Assembly: GCA_045537965.1 (NCBI GenBank)
Contig: JAZSQL010000054.1
Coordinates: forward strand, 15,224-79,223
Reading direction: 5' to 3'
Source of the DNA: Alphaproteobacteria bacterium
GTDB taxonomy: Bacteria; Pseudomonadota; Alphaproteobacteria; RF32; CAG-239
Length of the DNA: 64,000 bases
Shown: in pieces, positions 58,434-64,000 of the stretch
How the letters are laid out: the number at the start of each line of letters is the position of its first letter
Numbering within the stretch: the first letter of the stretch is position 1
Notes under the pieces: model-generated
What the model saw: the letters and a program-made list of their open reading frames with translations, nothing else
Databases searched by the model: none
Told to the model about the DNA's origin: nothing
Translations under genes and position numbers: made by a program

Positions 58434-58686
58434 CTGGAATATACAAATTACTGTTTAATGCACTAACTACTTTATTTACAAGCTCATTTGTATCATATTC
58501 TACAGTATAAAATGATTTTATATTAATTCTATTCCATAATTCTTGAAATTCTTTTTTATCAATATTGTTCTTGTTTAATTTTATATCTATAGACTTTGCC
58601 CTAGCATTTTCAAACATAAATTCTTCTTCATCGGACATTTTGAATTCTCTTAAAAAAATTGTGTTTTTCTTTATACATAGGTTCAT
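58414..58686 (-). CDS. Hypothetical ORF adjoining the integrase remnant (possibly a gene fragment)
   Basis: 90-aa ORF ending where the repeat similarity stops. Confidence 0.25.
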   Translation of the reverse strand: MNLCIKKNTIFLREFKMSDEEEFMFENARAKSIDIKLNKNNIDKKEFQELWNRINIKSFYTVEYDTNELVNKVVSALNSNLYIPALTKQF

Positions 58687-58947
58687 TTTAAGGCTAACGC
58701 AAGTTTCTAAAAAATTTTGATTTATTTTAGCTCATTTAACCTTGTAGTTTTTACCCAAATTCCATTTTAAGCGACAATAAAACATCTTATCATTTGGACT
58801 TGCTCTTTCATTTCTAAGATTTGCAATTTTAAATACAATAATTTCGCCCTACTTTTTGTCAACAACTTTTGTCAAAAAAAACTATTGCTACAACAACTAT
58901 TTTATGATATTATCCATCATACAAATTCAATTAATAGGAGTTCCATT

Positions 58948-59439
58948 ATGCATACTTATCGTGTTGTTTGTTGTCACAACCCTCAAAAAGATAAACCTAA
59001 TATAACCGTTGATTTTGCAGTTGCCGATGCAAACAACGCTGAATTAACTCATGAACAATTAATTAGACTTCGCAAATATGAAGATTCTCAAGCAGAGAGT
59101 TTACTTCCCCCAATTATGTTATATGAACAAACAGACAATATTTCTGTTGTTTTTGAAAAACCCGAAAAAGCAACATCCGAACAAAATAAAAAACTAAATG
59201 AACTTACTACTTTAATAAAATGTGAATTCAATAAATTTAAACATCGTGGATGCGAAAGCTCCCTAAAGGTAACAGACCACAACATAGCGCAAGTTTACTG
59301 TGATATTGATCCCTATCAATCACCTAACAACCCAAAAGAAGCTGCTTTATTTGAAAGAATAAGACGCTCCAAAAGAAGAGAGCAACAACTAAGTTCTAAA
59401 CGTAGCTCATCTTCAAAATGGTATTTACCTGAGCGCTAA
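58948..59439 (+). CDS. Hypothetical protein (start re-placed at MHTYRVV with an AGGAG RBS)
   Basis: ataggagttccattATG. Basic Ser/Arg-rich C-terminal tail. Confidence 0.45.
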   Translation: MHTYRVVCCHNPQKDKPNITVDFAVADANNAELTHEQLIRLRKYEDSQAESLLPPIMLYEQTDNISVVFEKPEKATSEQNKKLNELTTLIKCEFNKFKHRGCESSLKVTDHNIAQVYCDIDPYQSPNNPKEAALFERIRRSKRREQQLSSKRSSSSKWYLPER

Positions 59440-59442
59440 ACA

Positions 59443-59778
59443 CTACCCAAACAAATATCCACCATGCGCAACATCTGAAGCGGGTAGGTCTGTCAACTTA
59501 ATGCAGACAAGTTCTTTTTCTGCATTAAGGTTTTCAACTGCAAAATCCGTCAAAACATCAACCACTTGTTGACGATCTCTAAAACCAATTGATGCTATTT
59601 CTATCCACGCACCAATTTTTTGCTTGCTACCTGCAAATGCTAAATCTGAGCTATATTTAATTTCTGCACAAACATAACCAACAGGTTTCCCCAACGCATC
59701 AGCAACCACATTAGCAGCTTTTTCAACTAATTTATTATCATTACTAAACCCATTAGTTTTTATTGTCAAAAATGGCAT
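59443..59778 (-). CDS. MIF/tautomerase-superfamily protein (Pro-1 tautomerase)
   Basis: Begins MPFLTIKTN (N-terminal Pro after Met removal). ~111 aa with a MIF-like beta-alpha-beta pattern. Confidence 0.6.
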   Translation of the reverse strand: MPFLTIKTNGFSNDNKLVEKAANVVADALGKPVGYVCAEIKYSSDLAFAGSKQKIGAWIEIASIGFRDRQQVVDVLTDFAVENLNAEKELVCIKLTDLPASDVAHGGYLFG

Positions 59779-59802
59779 ACCAAACTCTCCTCTTATTGTT
59801 AA

Positions 59803-59831
59803 AAAGGCACTCTTAAAAAAGAATGCCTTTT
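59803..59831. terminator. Candidate bidirectional terminator between gyrA and the MIF-like gene
   Basis: Imperfect hairpin aaggcactc..gaatgcctt flanked by A- and T-runs. Confidence 0.4.
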
Positions 59832-59840
59832 AACTATTTA

Positions 59841-62651
59841 TTACTCGTTATCTTCAGCGATGACTTCTGGTTCTTCGACTATTGCCTCAGTTTCATCAAA
59901 TTCAGGTATATTTTCACCTAAAATTTCTTCACCTTCAGCTGTCTCCAATTCTTCTTCATCATCGTCATCTGCTTCCAACTTAGTTACCGAAACAACTTTT
60001 TCATCATCGGCTGTTCTAAATAGGATAACCCCTTGCGTTTTTCTTCCTGCAATACGAATATCTTCAACAGGCATTCTAATAAGTTTGCCAGCATCTGTAA
60101 CCATCATAATCTGATTATCATCTTCTATTGGGAATGAACTTACAATCTCTTTATTACGAGCTGACATTTCCATATTAGCAATACCTTGACCGCCACGTCC
60201 AGTTACACGATATTCATAAGAAGATGAACGCTTACCATAGCCAGTCGTTGTAACAGAGAGAATAAATTGTTCTTTTTCTTTCATTTCAGCAAATTTATCT
60301 TCTGTTAAAACAGTCATTTCAACACCAGTATCCGCTATTGTTACTTCACAATCACCGCCTTTTTCAGCCTGAATACGTTTCATCGCAGACGAAATCTTCA
60401 AGTATTCTTCTCGCTCTTCTGAAGTTGCCTCACTATGTTTCAAAATCGACATAGAAACAACTTCATCGCCATCTCCAAGTTTAATTCCTCTAACACCCGT
60501 TGAATTTCGACCAACAAATACCCTAACCTCTGTAACAGAGAAACGAATACATTTACCGCTTTTTGCTGCAAGTAATACATCTTCGTCTTCATTACAAATT
60601 CTAACGTTAATAAGTTTATCACCTTCATCTAACTTCATGGCAATCTTACCATTAGATTGAACATTAACAAAATCCATCAACGAATTACGACGAACATTAC
60701 CAGATGCTGTTGCAAACATAATTGACAAATCTTTACATTCTGCCTCATTTTCTGGCAACTTCATAATAGTAGTTATTGTTTCTCCTGCATCTAGAGGTAG
60801 CAAATTAATAAATGGTTTTCCTTTTGAGGTTGGTGAGCCTAATGGTAATTTATAAACCTTCATCTTATATACCAACCCTTTTGATGAGAAGAATAATACT
60901 GGAGTATGAGTACTTGCCACAAATAAACGAGTAACAAAATCCTCTTCTTTTGTAGCCATACCAGATTTACCTTTACCGCCTCGTTTTTGCGCCTTATAAG
61001 CATTCAAAGGAACACGTTTGATATATCCAGCATCAGTAACAGTAACAACCATTTCCTCACGCTGAATTAATGATTCAATATCAGTATCATATTCAATATC
61101 TTCTATCTTGGTACGACGTGGATTAGCATATTCATCTTTAATCTCAACTAATTCATCACGCATAATGCCATACAATTTTTCACGAGAACTCAAAATAGAC
61201 AAACACTCTTTGATCTCATCTCCTAACGAAACCAATTCCTCATGAATCTTATCACGCTCTAATCCTGTCAATCTCTGCAATTTCAAATCCAAAATTGCAC
61301 GAGCCTGCGCCTCAGATAGTTTATATGTACCATCTTCCACTTTTCTATCTGGCTCATCAATCAACTTAACTAAAGCTTCCACATCACCTGCTGGCCAAGC
61401 CTTTGCCAACAAAGCATCTTTAGCCTCTTGTGGAGTTGGAGCTGTTCTAATAAGCTCAATTACAGGATCAATATTTTCAACAGCTATTGCCAAACCAACC
61501 AAAGTATGAGCTCTATCACGAGCTTTGTTAAGTTCAAAAATTGTACGTCTTCTGATAACTTCTTCTCTAAACTCAACAAAAGCCTTCACAATATCCTTCA
61601 AAGTCAACATAACTGGTCGACCATTATAAATGGCAAGCATATTCATACCAAAACTGGTCTGCAAAGGTGTATACTTATAAAGCTGATTCAATACAACATC
61701 AGCCTGAAAATCACGTTTAATTTCAATAACAACACGCACACCATGACGATCTGATTCGTCCCTAATTTCAGAAATTCCTTCAACTTTCTTTTCTTTAATA
61801 AGTTCTGCTATTCTTTGAATCATTGCAGCCTTATTCACCTGATAAGGAATTTCGTGAACAATAATAGCTTCTTTGTCTTTGTGCAATTCTTCAATCGTAC
61901 ATTTTGCACGCATCATAACCGAACCGCGTCCAGTCAAATAAGCTGATTTTGCCCCCGAATAGCCAAGCACCAAACCACCTGTCGGAAAATCAGGTCCTGG
62001 AACTATTTTTATCAAATCTTCAATTGAAATATCAGGATTATCAATATAGGCACAACAAGCATCACAAACTTCGCCTAAATTATGTGGAGGAATATTAGTT
62101 GCCATACCAACAGCAATACCATTTGTACCATTAACCAAAAGGTTTGGATACCTAGCAGGCAAAACTGTAGGCTCTTGCAAACTTTCATCATAGTTTGGCA
62201 TAAAGTCGACTGTATCTTTATCAATATCATCAATCAACGCATGAGCAACTTTAGCCAGTCTGGCTTCAGTATAACGCATAGCAGCAGCACTATCACCGTC
62301 CATCGAACCAAAGTTACCTTGTCCATCAATTAAAGGAACACGCATTGAAAATGGCTGAGCCAATCGCACCATTGCATCATAAACCGAACTATCACCATGT
62401 GGGTGATATTTACCCAAAACATCACCGACAATACGAGCCGACTTTCTAAAAGGTCTGTTATAATCATAACCATTTTCGTATGCCGAATAAATAATACGGC
62501 GATGCACAGGCTTCAAACCATCACGAACATCAGGCAATGCACGCGAAACAATTACACTCATTGCATAATCAAGATACGAACGTTTCATTTCTTCTGAAAT
62601 TTCAACAGGCATAATATCTTGTTTGCTTTCTATCAAATTATTTTCTTCCAC
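59841..62651 (-). CDS. gyrA: DNA gyrase subunit A
   Basis: Active-site region and QRDR ([17 protein letters not shown]) are present. C-terminal beta-pinwheel repeats and an acidic tail. 936 aa. Confidence 0.97.
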   Translation of the reverse strand: MEENNLIESKQDIMPVEISEEMKRSYLDYAMSVIVSRALPDVRDGLKPVHRRIIYSAYENGYDYNRPFRKSARIVGDVLGKYHPHGDSSVYDAMVRLAQPFSMRVPLIDGQGNFGSMDGDSAAAMRYTEARLAKVAHALIDDIDKDTVDFMPNYDESLQEPTVLPARYPNLLVNGTNGIAVGMATNIPPHNLGEVCDACCAYIDNPDISIEDLIKIVPGPDFPTGGLVLGYSGAKSAYLTGRGSVMMRAKCTIEELHKDKEAIIVHEIPYQVNKAAMIQRIAELIKEKKVEGISEIRDESDRHGVRVVIEIKRDFQADVVLNQLYKYTPLQTSFGMNMLAIYNGRPVMLTLKDIVKAFVEFREEVIRRRTIFELNKARDRAHTLVGLAIAVENIDPVIELIRTAPTPQEAKDALLAKAWPAGDVEALVKLIDEPDRKVEDGTYKLSEAQARAILDLKLQRLTGLERDKIHEELVSLGDEIKECLSILSSREKLYGIMRDELVEIKDEYANPRRTKIEDIEYDTDIESLIQREEMVVTVTDAGYIKRVPLNAYKAQKRGGKGKSGMATKEEDFVTRLFVASTHTPVLFFSSKGLVYKMKVYKLPLGSPTSKGKPFINLLPLDAGETITTIMKLPENEAECKDLSIMFATASGNVRRNSLMDFVNVQSNGKIAMKLDEGDKLINVRICNEDEDVLLAAKSGKCIRFSVTEVRVFVGRNSTGVRGIKLGDGDEVVSMSILKHSEATSEEREEYLKISSAMKRIQAEKGGDCEVTIADTGVEMTVLTEDKFAEMKEKEQFILSVTTTGYGKRSSSYEYRVTGRGGQGIANMEMSARNKEIVSSFPIEDDNQIMMVTDAGKLIRMPVEDIRIAGRKTQGVILFRTADDEKVVSVTKLEADDDDEEELETAEGEEILGENIPEFDETEAIVEEPEVIAEDNE

Positions 62652-63027
62652 GCTTAATATTTCCTTCTAAAAATCATATAAAAACTTCCTAAATTATAGT
62701 TATTTTATCCTTTTCCAACCACTTTTTTTTGTTATTTATACCCATAAAAAAAGGCACTTTTCGCTCTACAGTCAAAAAAAGCACCTTAAAATCGATTTTA
62801 CATCACAAAAGTTAACAATCTCGATAAACTGGCAAATCTTTATACAACCCCATTTTTAACACTACCTAAAATTATTTATAAAAAAGTCACTCTGAGCAAT
62901 GTGAAACATCTCACTAATAATGTCATCACCTAAACGAACGTTAGTGAGTATCCTAAAACCTCATTACCCATTATCTTCCCCCTCGTCCTCGTAATAATTT
63001 TTTAAAAATAGTTAAATAGACAAAAGT

Positions 63028-63816
63028 TTAAAAAGCTAAACCACACCGAACGTAGGTGCGGTAGTTCGTCTTATTGTTGTCGAGCATGGTGCCAGATATC
63101 ATGGCGAGATTCCACGCGGCATAGGAGCCGTACGCGGTGGAAGACCAGTAGCGGTAGGTAATGTCTAAAGCCGTTCCACCAGAGTTAGTGAGGGCGGTAT
63201 CTATGGTTGTTTGGTTATCATATATAGCTTTTAATTCTTTTAAACTAGGTAAGAACCAACTTCCTATAGGTTGTTCTCCTTCAGTTAAATTATAACAATA
63301 TCCTGGTGCATAATCACTAGAAGCATAATCTCCTCCTAAAGTCATAATAGTAGCGGTATTTTGTTTCCCTGTTGTCGTTTCTGTTAGTGCTGTACTCTCA
63401 GAGGTATAGTTAGTTAAACCTGCAATATCTTCCTGAACACTAGACCAAGCCATCATACTAGGAGCATCATTTAATCCAATAGCTAATCTACTTTCAGTAT
63501 CAAACACCACAGCTATTGGTGTTACTTTTCCGCTAGGTAAAGAAGATTCATCATAACAATTTAAATCACTATACAATATATCTCCTACAGCACAATTTTG
63601 AGGTTTGTTTGCTTCTATACCATCACTCGAACTCTCGCTCTCACAAAATACTTTATCTGTCTCAAAAGGACATTTAAGCATATTTTTTCCAGCACAATCT
63701 GTGGCTGTTTGTAAATAACCTAGATCTGCACAAGTTGGTATTTTTGTACAATCAAATTCAGCATAAGCTGATGAAGCTACAATTAAACTAGTACCTAAAA
63801 GCAAATATTTTTTCAT
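63028..63816 (-). CDS. Secreted hypothetical protein (start re-placed at MKKYLLLG with an AAGGAGATAAGG RBS)
   Basis: Signal peptide MKKYLLLGTSLIVASSAYA. Cys-rich N-terminal region and a GC-richer conserved-looking C-terminal region. Confidence 0.55.
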   Translation of the reverse strand: MKKYLLLGTSLIVASSAYAEFDCTKIPTCADLGYLQTATDCAGKNMLKCPFETDKVFCESESSSDGIEANKPQNCAVGDILYSDLNCYDESSLPSGKVTPIAVVFDTESRLAIGLNDAPSMMAWSSVQEDIAGLTNYTSESTALTETTTGKQNTATIMTLGGDYASSDYAPGYCYNLTEGEQPIGSWFLPSLKELKAIYDNQTTIDTALTNSGGTALDITYRYWSSTAYGSYAAWNLAMISGTMLDNNKTNYRTYVRCGLAF

Positions 63817-64000
63817 AACCTTATCTCCTTTATATTTTAATTTATAAATCTCATCCCAAAACGCTACAAAAGCCCTAGAAACTCTTGGCTTGCTCCCTCT
63901 ACAAAAACCAACGTTTTTGTAGAGGCAAAAAAGAGACATTTTAAAAAAAAAGAAATAAGAAAAACAAAAGAAGAATAACTTATTGAAAATATGTAATAAA

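Noticed and set aside
59826-59842. taactatttatt resembling the right half-site of the 57305-57330 palindrome
   Set aside because: There is no dyad partner. It sits in the gyrA/MIF terminator region and is most likely a chance match in AT-rich DNA.
1-64000. CRISPR arrays, rRNA genes, tmRNA or RNase P
   Set aside because: No regularly spaced short direct repeats were seen, and no rRNA-like or other conserved structured-RNA signatures were recognisable by eye. A covariance-model scan would be needed to exclude small ncRNAs.

Overview
This is a visibly AT-rich bacterial chromosomal segment. The gene content (PFOR, flotillin, ankyrin-repeat proteins, MIF-like tautomerase, flagellin-like protein) points to a host-associated or anaerobic proteobacterium-like organism; no taxon can be assigned from sequence alone.

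Positions 1-34 kb are conserved housekeeping genes: truA, lepA, def, nusB, nrdR, murF, glyA, rpiB, a tRNA-Cys/tRNA-Asn pair, prfC, an unusual 696-aa flagellin-like protein, a parvulin PPIase, secA, a flotillin, pyruvate:ferredoxin oxidoreductase, M29 and M17 aminopeptidases, tsaC/sua5, nhaA and an ECF sigma module.

At 34172-34245 lies tRNA-Gln(CTG), followed immediately by a ~24-kb integrated island (about 34246-58150). It is headed by a large serine recombinase whose reading frame runs antisense across the tRNA. The island carries:
- a three-gene candidate defense or toxin module: a pentapeptide-repeat protein with a C-terminal HTH, a GHKL-ATPase fused to a PD-(D/E)xK-like nuclease, and an unknown protein;
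- a catalytic-domain-only tyrosine recombinase;
- two ankyrin-repeat proteins;
- a DUF4143-type AAA ATPase preceded by paired 37-bp palindromes;
- a truncated ABC-exporter gene;
- a nine-gene surface-glycan decoration operon (epimerase, nucleotidyltransferase-HAD, kinase, GT8, cytidylyltransferase, GT2) led by a catalytically degenerate resolvase homolog and a protein made of six tandem HTH repeats;
- a divergent intact serine invertase with a hix/res-like 26-bp palindrome.

The island ends in a ~280-bp imperfect direct repeat of the integrase 3' end (a remnant second integrase copy), after which core genes resume (MIF-like tautomerase, gyrA, a secreted protein). No CRISPR array and no rRNA were seen.
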